From assembly GCA_964417975.1 (NCBI GenBank), contig CAYQJQ010000003.1, positions 35,413 to 99,412 of the forward strand: a DNA stretch of 64,000 nucleotides. Reading direction: 5' to 3'. The DNA comes from an uncultured Pseudomonadota bacterium. GTDB taxonomy: Bacteria > Babelota > Babeliae > Babelales > Vermiphilaceae. A program made the translations under genes and the position numbers. This document shows positions 35,976 to 45,017 of the stretch, in pieces; the first letter of the stretch is position 1, and each line of letters opens with the position of its first letter. The notes below the pieces were generated by a model. The model had not been told where the DNA came from. It saw nothing but the letters and a program-made list of their open reading frames with translations, and did not search any database.

Positions 35976-37319
35976 ATGTCAGAGAGAAACAGTGAGCTCA
36001 TAGGTGCAGTAACACCTGACGGGCTTTTTTATCATGAAGCATTCAAAATTTCACTTAACAAAACCGATCATGAAACGTGTACCATTAGCGTTATCGTACC
36101 CGCACGGGTCGTCGATGCTTTGTATCTAGAAATGAGTATTGCACAACAGCAATCAACCTTCGCTTATGGATTCAACAAAGGCGCAGTGCCGCTTGAATAT
36201 ATCCAAACACATTTTAAATCTGCAATACTTGAACACTGTAAAGAACTTTTATTAAAATTTTGCGTCACTAATTTTGTACATGCACATATACAAAACTTAG
36301 GGGTCATTATTGGCGGAGAGCCACACCTTGCCTCTATTTACCTTGAACCACACCAAGACGGTATTTTTACTTTTAGCGCCCCTTATGTCGAACACTTTTA
36401 TATGACCGATTGGCGCTATATACCTTTTCGTCCACCAGTACGTAAAAATTACAAAGATATTGATCGCCAGGTTGAACTATTTTTCAAGCAGGATCAGCGA
36501 CGCTCATACGCCCTAGAAGAACATACACTCAGTATCAATGATTGGGTTATGTTACGCATAAGTTTGTGTGGCAATAACGGCTCGTGTATCGATGAAGCCT
36601 TAACACAGCCTTTCATTTTTAAATTGAGCAGTCAAGAACTAGAAAACCCTTTTTGCAACACCCTGTTAGGCAAAAAGCTTAATGAATCATTTGTAACCAA
36701 CGAACCATGGCTTCATGAATGTTTCAGTCAACAACTTGAAACCAACCTGCCCTTACATGTGACGATAACTGATATTATTCCGCATGAATATTTTTGCCTA
36801 GAACTGTTTAAAAGCCATTTTAAACTAAAGTCACAAAAAGAAATGCATAATAAAATGATTGAAATTTTCTCTTATAATCACGATATATCGCAACGAAGAA
36901 GCATGGTCGCTGCAGCATTAAAGTTGCTTATTTATAAAAACCCCTTTTATGTTCCCGCCAATTTAATCGATGAAAAACACCATCTGCTTCTTGAAGAAAT
37001 TCAACAAAATCCCGATTACGAGGTATATCGAACACAAAAGCATTTTAGTGCTAATGTCAAAAAACTTGCTGAATTACAAATACAAGAACAGATGATCGTT
37101 GACAACATTACGCACCAAGAAAAACTAACCCTCGCACATACCGACGTACGGTCATATATAAATCTTAAAAGACCAAAATTAAAAGATTTTATATACTTTG
37201 ATACGTACCTGTCAAAACTCCATGGCCAGGAAGCACCACTTGCTCTAGAACAGTTCAAAAAAACGGCCTTACGAGAAAAGACAGTCAACCATATTATTTA
37301 CCATTTAACTAAAAAATAA
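35976..37319 (+). CDS. tig: trigger factor-like chaperone (divergent)
   Basis: The length (447 aa) fits, and the N-terminal ribosome-binding signature GFRxGxxP appears as YGFNKGAVPLEYIQTHF. A strong SD (aaggag) lies 6 nt upstream. The rest is too divergent to verify by eye. Confidence 0.5.
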   Translation: MSERNSELIGAVTPDGLFYHEAFKISLNKTDHETCTISVIVPARVVDALYLEMSIAQQQSTFAYGFNKGAVPLEYIQTHFKSAILEHCKELLLKFCVTNFVHAHIQNLGVIIGGEPHLASIYLEPHQDGIFTFSAPYVEHFYMTDWRYIPFRPPVRKNYKDIDRQVELFFKQDQRRSYALEEHTLSINDWVMLRISLCGNNGSCIDEALTQPFIFKLSSQELENPFCNTLLGKKLNESFVTNEPWLHECFSQQLETNLPLHVTITDIIPHEYFCLELFKSHFKLKSQKEMHNKMIEIFSYNHDISQRRSMVAAALKLLIYKNPFYVPANLIDEKHHLLLEEIQQNPDYEVYRTQKHFSANVKKLAELQIQEQMIVDNITHQEKLTLAHTDVRSYINLKRPKLKDFIYFDTYLSKLHGQEAPLALEQFKKTALREKTVNHIIYHLTKK

Positions 37320-37340
37320 TTATACAAAGGTACGAGCCTC

Positions 37341-38300
37341 ATGGAACAGAAGATACACCAGGTAGTAATTCTTGGCTCAGGCCCTGCAGGGCTTACAGCA
37401 GCGTTATACACAGCACGCGCTAATCTTTCACCAATCGTCATTATGGGAACTCCACCGGGTGGCCAACTCATGACCACTACCTATGTTGAAAATTGGCCAG
37501 GTGAAAAAAAAATCCTCGGGCCTACGTTAATGGCAAACATGATGGCACAAGTCAAAGAACTTGGGGCAGTTCTTCAGGAAGGACAAGCAACGCGCATCCA
37601 GCAACAATCTGAAGACCTTTTTTTGGTAACTATGCAGGACGGAACTGTTTATCAGACAAGGACTATCATTGTTGCAACAGGCGCCAGACACAAGCACCTT
37701 GGATGCCCGGGCGAACAAGAATATTGGACAAAAGGGGTTTCTTCGTGTGCAACTTGTGATGGCGCATTTTTCAAAAATAAACGGGTTGTGGTAGTAGGAG
37801 GTGGAGATACCGCTATGGAGGATGCCTCATTTTTGAGAAATTACACCAAAGACATTACCATAATTCAGATACAACCAACCTTATCTGCGTCCCATGCAAT
37901 GCAACAACGGGTTATTCATGATCCTACTGTACGAATACTTTACAATAGCACAGTAAGCGCAATCACCGGTAATGGCATGACCGTCACCGGGGTAACTGTT
38001 ACCAATACCATCACAAAAGAATCACTGCAAATTCCCGCTGATGGCGTTTTTGTTGCCATTGGACTCTACCCAAATACCGATATCTTTAAAGACTTGCTTA
38101 CGAGAGATACCTTCGGATATCTTAAAGTAACTGATAAAACAAAAAGCAATATTCCTGGGATTTTTATCGCCGGGGACGTTCATGACGCACACTATCGCCA
38201 AGCAATTACGGCTGCTGGCAGCGGCTGTATGGCGGCAATGGATACTGAACGGTATCTCAGTACCCGCAAAGCATCACAGATGATATTTGAAAAAAAATAG
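37341..38300 (+). CDS. trxB: thioredoxin-disulfide reductase
   Basis: The FAD site is VVILGSGPAGLTAALYTAR, the redox centre is CATCDG and the NADPH site is VVVVGGGDTAMEDA. Confidence 0.9.
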   Translation: MEQKIHQVVILGSGPAGLTAALYTARANLSPIVIMGTPPGGQLMTTTYVENWPGEKKILGPTLMANMMAQVKELGAVLQEGQATRIQQQSEDLFLVTMQDGTVYQTRTIIVATGARHKHLGCPGEQEYWTKGVSSCATCDGAFFKNKRVVVVGGGDTAMEDASFLRNYTKDITIIQIQPTLSASHAMQQRVIHDPTVRILYNSTVSAITGNGMTVTGVTVTNTITKESLQIPADGVFVAIGLYPNTDIFKDLLTRDTFGYLKVTDKTKSNIPGIFIAGDVHDAHYRQAITAAGSGCMAAMDTERYLSTRKASQMIFEKK

Positions 38301-38370
38301 TTTATCCGTATACTAAAGATGGTGTAATCATACTATTTTACTAACCAGTTATTTCTTGTTTGGATAGTTT

Positions 38371-38517
38371 ATGTCAGTAACTCTCATGAAAAAAAGCCTC
38401 AAAAAACGTCGTCGTAAACATGGTTTTTTAGTACGTATGCGTACTAAGGACGGTCGCGCTATTCTTAATCGCCGCCGCGCAAAAGGCCGCAAAAGAATCG
38501 CAGTAAGTACTTACTAA
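38371..38517 (+). CDS. rpmH: 50S ribosomal protein L34 (not in the ORF track; under 60 aa)
   Basis: My translation is [48 protein letters not shown], which matches the L34 consensus (..HGFRxRMxTKxGRxxLxRRRxKGRxxL). rnpA starts 2 nt after its stop. Confidence 0.85.
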   Translation: MSVTLMKKSLKKRRRKHGFLVRMRTKDGRAILNRRRAKGRKRIAVSTY

Positions 38518-38518
38518 G

Positions 38519-38854
38519 ATGAATTTTAGTGTCAGAAAACTAACCTCTTTTTCAAAAAAAGAGGTTAGTCTGCTTTTTGGGCAGGTTAAAAGAATTTTTA
38601 CTTCACGGAGTCTGACACTATTATCTGCCCCCGCTTTAAACCGTAACTACGGAAGAATACTCATCGTTATTCCGAGGAAAGTCGGCACCTCCCCCGAACG
38701 GAACCTCATCCGACGGCGTATTAAGTCGATTTTTTGGGAAAGAAAGTTACATACCGCTGTTCAGGATATTATTGTCCTATGCAGACCAGGATGTAGCGAA
38801 CTCACCTACGCATATCTTGATAAACTATTGATGCATCATATCAAAATAAGCTGA
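38519..38854 (+). CDS. rnpA: ribonuclease P protein component
   Basis: The basic RNR-type motif is KVGTSPERNLIRRRIKSIF. Length is 111 aa and the conserved rpmH-rnpA pairing is present. Confidence 0.8.
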   Translation: MNFSVRKLTSFSKKEVSLLFGQVKRIFTSRSLTLLSAPALNRNYGRILIVIPRKVGTSPERNLIRRRIKSIFWERKLHTAVQDIIVLCRPGCSELTYAYLDKLLMHHIKIS

Positions 38855-38858
38855 ACTA

Positions 38859-39428
38859 TTACGGTCTATTCAAAATTACTAATTCTTCACGCCAGGTACT
38901 ATTGCTATTTTTAACATACACTAGATACACATGGAACGTATGCCATATACTTTGGCCTTCACCAAAGAAATTCGTAGCCGACAGTCCACGTACTGAAACT
39001 TTTTTATTAGTCAGATCAGCAACACGATAATTCCCACTTATATCACGATTCAATGCAAGTTTAACGCGTGCTCCGGAGCCTATATTCCACCCATACCCCT
39101 TAGCATTATCGCCATTGAGCGTGAGATAATCAACACTCGCGTTATCACAAATTCCTAAGTTAGTATTGACCGTGCGCACCGACACCCAACCAGTCAAATC
39201 AGCCAAGCCGGCACTTTTGGCGGCTAAAGACCCTGCTGGAATCATAAATTCACCGCCACGAATATCACGTGATGCTCCAACAAAGTGTGCCAAAAAATTA
39301 AGATCATATGGAGTATGGTTGTAAACGACCATATTCCATGCATGCAAGGTAACTAAAGGAAAACAGAGCAAAGCAATGGACGTAAAAAAAATTAGCTTTT
39401 GACGAATTATAGTATCTATATTTAACAT
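38859..39428 (-). CDS. small secreted protein, member A of a local three-gene family (unknown function)
   Basis: It has a signal peptide (KLIFFTSIALLCFPLVTLHA). The mature part starts WNMVVYNHTPYDLNFLAHF...MIPAGS, and the motifs NxTPYD and IPAG are shared with the next gene. An SD (aaggaa) precedes the ATG. Confidence 0.5.
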   Translation of the reverse strand: MLNIDTIIRQKLIFFTSIALLCFPLVTLHAWNMVVYNHTPYDLNFLAHFVGASRDIRGGEFMIPAGSLAAKSAGLADLTGWVSVRTVNTNLGICDNASVDYLTLNGDNAKGYGWNIGSGARVKLALNRDISGNYRVADLTNKKVSVRGLSATNFFGEGQSIWHTFHVYLVYVKNSNSTWREELVILNRP

Positions 39429-39439
39429 ATTATTCCTTT

Positions 39440-40006
39440 TTATTCGAACATAAATGGTTCAATAGTTAACTTATTATTAAAGTGCTTATCTTCTGTTGGA
39501 CTGTAATCTAAAAATATTTTGAAAATATTGTAGACTAACTGACCCGCTCCAAAATCAATGGTCGTACGCATTGGACGGACTTCTGGTGTATCTGTTGGCA
39601 CAACGTCATTTACAAAAAAACCATCATTTCTTCTTCTGAATGGCATTTCTTTTTCAACCTCTACACTCATATCCTTATCAAATAGTCCCATTTTAATATG
39701 TTCAGCTTTAATAGAATCAACCAGCACATCAGTATTAGGAATAAATTGGAATGATTTCTCTGTTACCGCAGTCATGCTACCCAAGAGTAACCCTTGGCGT
39801 TGCCACGGCACCGGAATCGATTTAACCTCTCCCGCAGGAATGACGACACGAAGGTCGTCGCCAATTTGTGCCACTAGCCTAAAACTTACCAAGATGTCGT
39901 AGGGCGTATAGTTAAACACTTTAAATGCAGTACGCGCCTCTAAAGAGCCTATCACTACAAAAAGTAGCCCAAAAAAACAATAGCAATACTTATTTATATC
40001 AAGCAT
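39440..40006 (-). CDS. small secreted protein, member B of the local family (unknown function)
   Basis: The ATG at 40006 is preceded by the SD ggaggaa, whereas the ORF-track start at 40027 is a TTG. It has a signal peptide (MLDINKYCYCFFGLLFVVIGSLEA), then FKVFNYTPYDILVSFRL...VIPAGE. Confidence 0.5.
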   Translation of the reverse strand: MLDINKYCYCFFGLLFVVIGSLEARTAFKVFNYTPYDILVSFRLVAQIGDDLRVVIPAGEVKSIPVPWQRQGLLLGSMTAVTEKSFQFIPNTDVLVDSIKAEHIKMGLFDKDMSVEVEKEMPFRRRNDGFFVNDVVPTDTPEVRPMRTTIDFGAGQLVYNIFKIFLDYSPTEDKHFNNKLTIEPFMFE

Positions 40007-40158
40007 ACTGCTTCCTCCATTTAGCAATTAATTATTATACCCCATATCAATGGTAACAAAGTATATTATTAAACAGCAATAGTTAAACTATTGATTTTAC
40101 TTCAAGGATATCTATACCATGATAATGTAGTTGTTTATTAAAAATAATGGAGGATATA

Positions 40159-40560
40159 ATGAAACTATTACAAAGATTAAACGTGATGTTGGTAGTTGCC
40201 TGCGGGTTCATGTTCGCGGCGCATAACCTGTCTGCCTATACGCATAACATTAAGAACGGAACTCAATGTCTGGCAAACGTTCATGTGCAGTATGCTGCTT
40301 GTAAAGACGATCACTTTCAATTACAAAAATACAGCTCTCAATCAATTAGTGCTGGGGGATGTATTTTAGAGAAAGTAGAGGCAACAGTGGAAGAACCACA
40401 AGAGAATACCCCGGGAAGTGCCATTACTGGTTCATCTAAAATATACCGCGCAAGCTCGTATAATGGACCATTCACTGGTAGCGGAACCTGGATTATAAGT
40501 GGACCATTTAAAGAAGAAACGGATGCAAATCGATATAAAATTACTCGCTTAGTTCAGTAA
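40159..40560 (+). CDS. small secreted protein, possible distant member C of the local family
   Basis: The ATG at 40159 follows the SD ggagga; the ORF-track start is 40147. It has a signal peptide (MKLLQRLNVMLVVACGFMFAAHNLSA), then YTHNIKNGTQCLANVHVQY...SISAGG, which has the same spacing pattern as members A and B. Confidence 0.45.
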   Translation: MKLLQRLNVMLVVACGFMFAAHNLSAYTHNIKNGTQCLANVHVQYAACKDDHFQLQKYSSQSISAGGCILEKVEATVEEPQENTPGSAITGSSKIYRASSYNGPFTGSGTWIISGPFKEETDANRYKITRLVQ

Positions 40561-40569
40561 TATAAAACT

Positions 40570-40603
40570 TTATAAGTGAAGGGCGCATGCCCTTCACTTA
40601 TAA
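40570..40603. terminator. bidirectional hairpin terminator between convergent genes
   Basis: A perfect 15-bp stem, 40570-40584 (ttataagtgaagggc) / 40589-40603 (gcccttcacttataa), with loop gcat. It overlaps the stop codon of the PhoH2 gene. Confidence 0.7.
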
Positions 40604-42085
40604 GAGTTCTGCTGCTAACTGGCTTAATTCACTACGCTCACTCTTTTCTAAAAATACCGTCCCAAAAATAGAACGATTTTTAAAACGTTCACTTGCAACC
40701 ACTAACCCATTACTCGCAAAATCAAGGTACGGTGAATCTATCTGATAGGGATCACCACATAATACAATTTTACTACCTTCACCAACCCGGGTCACCAATG
40801 TCTTGATCTCATGTGGCGTTAAATTTTGCGCTTCATCAATCAGGATAAACTGGTATGGAATAGACCGCCCACGCATATAGGTAATCGCCTCAAGCACCAC
40901 TTTATCATGCGCAATCAGGTCATCCAACGGCATAATCGCACCATCGCGATACCGGCGATGATGTTGATGCTTACCATTATCAGCATTTTTTTTACTATTT
41001 TTCTGGCGTACAATTTGATCGGCCTGGTACTGATCATGTTCCAACGCTGCTTGTTGCCGTACTACTGAATGAATAATAAAATCCATATTATCATAAATGG
41101 GCAGCATCCAGTTATGGAGTTTATCTTTAAGTTCACCCGGCAAATATCCCAAGTCACGACCCAACGGAATCACGGGACGAGAAATAAGCATCTTGTGAAA
41201 TGAGTGTTCAACTTGTACCTTATAAAGCCCAGCAAGCAACGCTAAAAAAGTTTTTCCCGTTCCAGCAGGCCCCAACAGCGTTAAAAATTGGATTGAATTA
41301 TCAAATAACAGATCAAGCGCCATCAATTGTTGAATATTTTTTTCTTTAAACGGCCAATTAATCGCTAAACTATGAACCGGTTTAAAACGTTGATTCCCTA
41401 AATGCCGAAAAAGACGATAATTACTTGGATTATTATTACTCGCCAGAATCACAAACTCATTGACCTCAAGCGGATCATCATTTTCTCCAATTTTTTTTAA
41501 TACCTGTTCAGGAACTTCATTTTTAAGTTGTACAGCAGGAACAGAAACCACCCGCCACCCTTTATAGAACTCCTCGGGTGTAACATGCTCTTTTAGATAA
41601 TCTTGTGATGGAATACTGAGTGCATCAGCTTTGACACGTGCATTCAAATCTTTTGATATAAAGACTACTTCATAGCCACTTGCCTGTAACGTCGCTGCAA
41701 TAAAGAGAATCTGATTATCTTCTATATTGAGTCTGAACGGGAATTGTACCTTTTCCGGGGGAAAAAGAACTTGAATGCACGTTCCATCCTCAAGCGTAAC
41801 GCCTGACCCCAATGATCCACGCTCTCTTAACCGATCAAGCGATCGAATAACTTCCCGTGCGCTTCGCCCACGATCAGTTCCCTCTTTTTTAAAAGCATCA
41901 AGTTCTTCCAATACTATTGATGGAATGCCTACATGAGACCCCACAAATGCAAACGGTGATTTGGGATCATGTATCAATACATTGGTATCAAGGATGTACA
42001 TTTTTTTCTTTTTTCCTTGACTCGTTTGAATGAGATCAACCTTTGCTACACGCGTACTTTTAGCTGTTTCCTTTTTTTCAACCAC
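40598..42085 (-). CDS. PIN domain plus PhoH-like ATPase (PhoH2/YlaK family)
   Basis: The N-terminal PIN motif is YILDTNVLIHDP, Walker A is GPAGTGKTFLALLAG and Walker B is FILIDEAQNLTPHE. CGDPYQID is also present. Confidence 0.85.
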   Translation of the reverse strand: MVEKKETAKSTRVAKVDLIQTSQGKKKKMYILDTNVLIHDPKSPFAFVGSHVGIPSIVLEELDAFKKEGTDRGRSAREVIRSLDRLRERGSLGSGVTLEDGTCIQVLFPPEKVQFPFRLNIEDNQILFIAATLQASGYEVVFISKDLNARVKADALSIPSQDYLKEHVTPEEFYKGWRVVSVPAVQLKNEVPEQVLKKIGENDDPLEVNEFVILASNNNPSNYRLFRHLGNQRFKPVHSLAINWPFKEKNIQQLMALDLLFDNSIQFLTLLGPAGTGKTFLALLAGLYKVQVEHSFHKMLISRPVIPLGRDLGYLPGELKDKLHNWMLPIYDNMDFIIHSVVRQQAALEHDQYQADQIVRQKNSKKNADNGKHQHHRRYRDGAIMPLDDLIAHDKVVLEAITYMRGRSIPYQFILIDEAQNLTPHEIKTLVTRVGEGSKIVLCGDPYQIDSPYLDFASNGLVVASERFKNRSIFGTVFLEKSERSELSQLAAELL

Positions 42086-42283
42086 GATTTCTCCGACAGC
42101 GTTAAATGGTTAATAGGGACTCTGAAACCACCTCGATCCTAGCACATTCATCGCGACGTTACAAAGAACTAAAATCCATTTGATTCATACGAACCATCTC
42201 TAGGCTGATTAGAAGTTTGCTTGTATACTGTTAATTTAATTAATACATTATTACCGTCGTGACACAACCGTAAGGAATACTCT

Positions 42284-44002
42284 ATGTCACTTAAAAACGA
42301 ACAATTATTAGAACAGATGCGCCATTCGGCGGCCCATCTTCTTGCTCATGCAGTACTTGAACTGTTTCCAGACACATTACTGACCATTGGTCCTGCCACC
42401 AAAGAAGGCTTCTTTTTTGATTTTGTACCCGGTGCACGTAATTTTAAACAGGAGGACTTAGCAAGCATTGAATCACGCATGCATGATATAGTAAAACGGA
42501 ACCTCATCATTACGCATGAACAAGTTGAAAAAGATGTTGCATATCAACTGTATCATAATAATCCGTTCAAACGGGAATTAATCGAAGCAATCCCAGGAAC
42601 CACCGTAGGCATTGCACGACAGGGAGAATTTTTCGATTTATGTAGAGGTGGACACGTTGCTTGTACAGGCGATATAAAACATTTTAAACTCCTTGCTATC
42701 TCAGGTTCATACTGGCGCGCCGATAGAGATAATCAACCACTGCAACGCATATCAGGAACAGCCTTTTTGACCGCACAGGACCTTGCAGATTTTGAACAAC
42801 GTATCATTGATGCACAATTATATGATCACCGCGCTTTAGGAAAAGAATTAGACCTGTTTTCATTCAGCGATGATGCACCAGGGTTCCCCTTTTACCACCC
42901 CAACGGTAAAATCGTTATGAATGTGCTCACTAACTACCTCCGCAATACATTATCAACTCATGGATACGTCGAGGTTTCTACGCCGCAAATGCTCAATGCT
43001 GATTTGTGGAAACGTTCTGGACACTATGATCACTACAAACAAAATATGTATTTTTGCACCATCGAAGATCAGCTCTTTGCATTAAAACCGATGAACTGCC
43101 CAGGATCAATTATTATTTATAAGCATAGACCACGCTCATACCGAGAACTTCCATTACGGCTTGCTGAATTCGGATTAGTACATCGGTATGAATTATCTGG
43201 TGTATTACATGGACTATTCAGAGTACGCGCCTTTACCATAGACGATGGCCATATTTATTGCACACCAGCTCAACTAGAATCAGAAGTATGCCTTGCAATA
43301 CAACTAACCTACGAGGTATTGCGTAGATTTAAGTTTACCGATATTTTAGTCTATCTTTCAACACGTCCAGCTAATTCAATGGGCAGTGATGAGCTCTGGG
43401 AAAAAGCAACCAATGCACTTGCTCAAGGCCTCAATAAATCATCGATCCCCTTTACCATTTGCGAAGGGGAAGGTGCCTTTTATGGACCAAAAATTGAGTT
43501 TCATATATTAGATTCAATGGGACGTACATGGCAATGTAGTACCGTACAAATAGACTTTTTCCAACCACAAAATTTTGATTTATCGTATGTGTCTTCAGAA
43601 GGAACTAAAGAGCACCCGGTCATTGTCCACCGTGCAATTTATGGATCATTTGAGCGCTTTTTTGGCATCCTTTTAGAACATTACAAAGGAAAATTACCAT
43701 TCTGGCTATCTCCCGTTCAGGTTGCTATTTTGCCAGTTACTGAAGCACAGAGCGAATATGCTCAGAAAACCCAAGCCCTATTACAGCAACAAAATATTCG
43801 TACAAGAATTGACACAACTGGCGATCAGCTTTCCAGTCAAATTAAACGTGCTCAATTACAAAAAATTCCATGGATGATTATTGTAGGAGCAAAAGAAGTA
43901 GCAAATGAAACTTATACTATTCGCTACCTTGACGGAAAACAGGAACAGATTGGATCCAAAGAAGCATTGATACAAAAAGTTAGTGCTGCATTAAGCGAAT
44001 AA
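42284..44002 (+). CDS. thrS: threonyl-tRNA synthetase lacking the N-terminal TGS domain
   Basis: It starts directly at the editing/SAD domain (MRHSAAHLLAHAV, the HxxxH motif). Class II motifs and an anticodon-binding domain follow. At 572 aa it is shorter than the roughly 640 aa typical length. Confidence 0.95.
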   Translation: MSLKNEQLLEQMRHSAAHLLAHAVLELFPDTLLTIGPATKEGFFFDFVPGARNFKQEDLASIESRMHDIVKRNLIITHEQVEKDVAYQLYHNNPFKRELIEAIPGTTVGIARQGEFFDLCRGGHVACTGDIKHFKLLAISGSYWRADRDNQPLQRISGTAFLTAQDLADFEQRIIDAQLYDHRALGKELDLFSFSDDAPGFPFYHPNGKIVMNVLTNYLRNTLSTHGYVEVSTPQMLNADLWKRSGHYDHYKQNMYFCTIEDQLFALKPMNCPGSIIIYKHRPRSYRELPLRLAEFGLVHRYELSGVLHGLFRVRAFTIDDGHIYCTPAQLESEVCLAIQLTYEVLRRFKFTDILVYLSTRPANSMGSDELWEKATNALAQGLNKSSIPFTICEGEGAFYGPKIEFHILDSMGRTWQCSTVQIDFFQPQNFDLSYVSSEGTKEHPVIVHRAIYGSFERFFGILLEHYKGKLPFWLSPVQVAILPVTEAQSEYAQKTQALLQQQNIRTRIDTTGDQLSSQIKRAQLQKIPWMIIVGAKEVANETYTIRYLDGKQEQIGSKEALIQKVSAALSE

Positions 44003-44021
44003 AGAGTATAATCATTGCGCG

Positions 44022-44073
44022 TGCGATATGAATTGACAGAGAAAATCATGTTACTCTCGCTGATCATATCGCA
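44022..44073. terminator. possible terminator hairpin between convergent thrS and nth (large loop)
   Basis: A 10-bp inverted repeat, tgcgatatga (44022-44031) / tcatatcgca (44064-44073), separated by 32 nt. There is no clear U-tract. Confidence 0.3.
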
Positions 44074-44095
44074 GTGCATGCTTAATTATCGAATA

Positions 44096-44764
44096 CTAAC
44101 GGCTTTTTATAACCCCAATTTTGGGGCATAGATTATTGATCAAACATGATGAGCACCGAGGAGAAACTGGCGTACAAATATTTTGCCCCCACATAACGAG
44201 TAACGTATTAAGTGATATCCAATACTCAGGGGGCACGATCTTTTTCAATGCCTGTTCTGTTTGTTCAGGCTTTTTCGTAGTCACCCATCCAAGGCGATTA
44301 GCAACTTTATGCACATGCGTATCGACACACAATGCCGGTATACCAAAAGCAATCCCGCGCACCAAATTCATGGTCTTTCGCCCCACACCAGGAAATGACA
44401 GGAGAACATGTTCAGATTGAGGTACAATACTATCAAATTCGTAAACCAGACGCATTGAAATAGCATGAATACGTAATGCTTTTTGACGATAAAAACAGAC
44501 TGGGTAAATAGTAGTTGCAATAAGTTCAACCGGTAAAGCAATAAATTCTTTTGGTGTTTTTGCCAAAGAAAAAAGACGAACCGAAGCGGGAAAAGATACC
44601 GTGTCTTTTGTACGTAAACTCAGAATACAGGATACGAGAATTAAAAAAGGATCACGTCCATAAATCTCCACTACTTTATCTGCAGCGGGTAACACCATGT
44701 AACGTGTATCCTTTTTTAATCGTTCTAAAATATCCACAATCCTATCCATGTAAGTATTAAACAT
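44096..44764 (-). CDS. nth: endonuclease III
   Basis: It has a helix-hairpin-helix (FPGVGRKTMNLV), the catalytic LCVDTHV region and the 4Fe-4S ligands C-x6-C-x2-C-x5-C (CTPVSPRCSSCLINNLC). Confidence 0.9.
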   Translation of the reverse strand: MFNTYMDRIVDILERLKKDTRYMVLPAADKVVEIYGRDPFLILVSCILSLRTKDTVSFPASVRLFSLAKTPKEFIALPVELIATTIYPVCFYRQKALRIHAISMRLVYEFDSIVPQSEHVLLSFPGVGRKTMNLVRGIAFGIPALCVDTHVHKVANRLGWVTTKKPEQTEQALKKIVPPEYWISLNTLLVMWGQNICTPVSPRCSSCLINNLCPKIGVIKSR

Positions 44765-45017
44765 ACATTAACCTAGATAGCTACATGACTTGTTGAAGTA
44801 TTTGTAGTCACATTAAAAATGTGTTAGATTGGAAAATGCAGACTTATGTTTTAATTCGTAGGAGGTAAATTTCCGACTATAACTAAAACATACAATGCAC
44901 ATGATAAAATACGAGCACAATTGAGAGAGAACATAGCAGTTACTCCTTTGACACAATACAGTTATACGTTAAAAACCACCCACAGTATAACTATAATTAA
45001 CGGCAATAGCAATAAAC

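Noticed and set aside
35798-36001. A 67-aa minus-strand ORF.
   Set aside because: It lies over tRNA-Lys and tRNA-Leu, whose cloverleaves are unambiguous.
38303-38311. A DnaA-box-like word, TTATCCGTA, just upstream of rpmH.
   Set aside because: It is a single copy with two mismatches to the consensus, which is expected by chance in AT-rich DNA.
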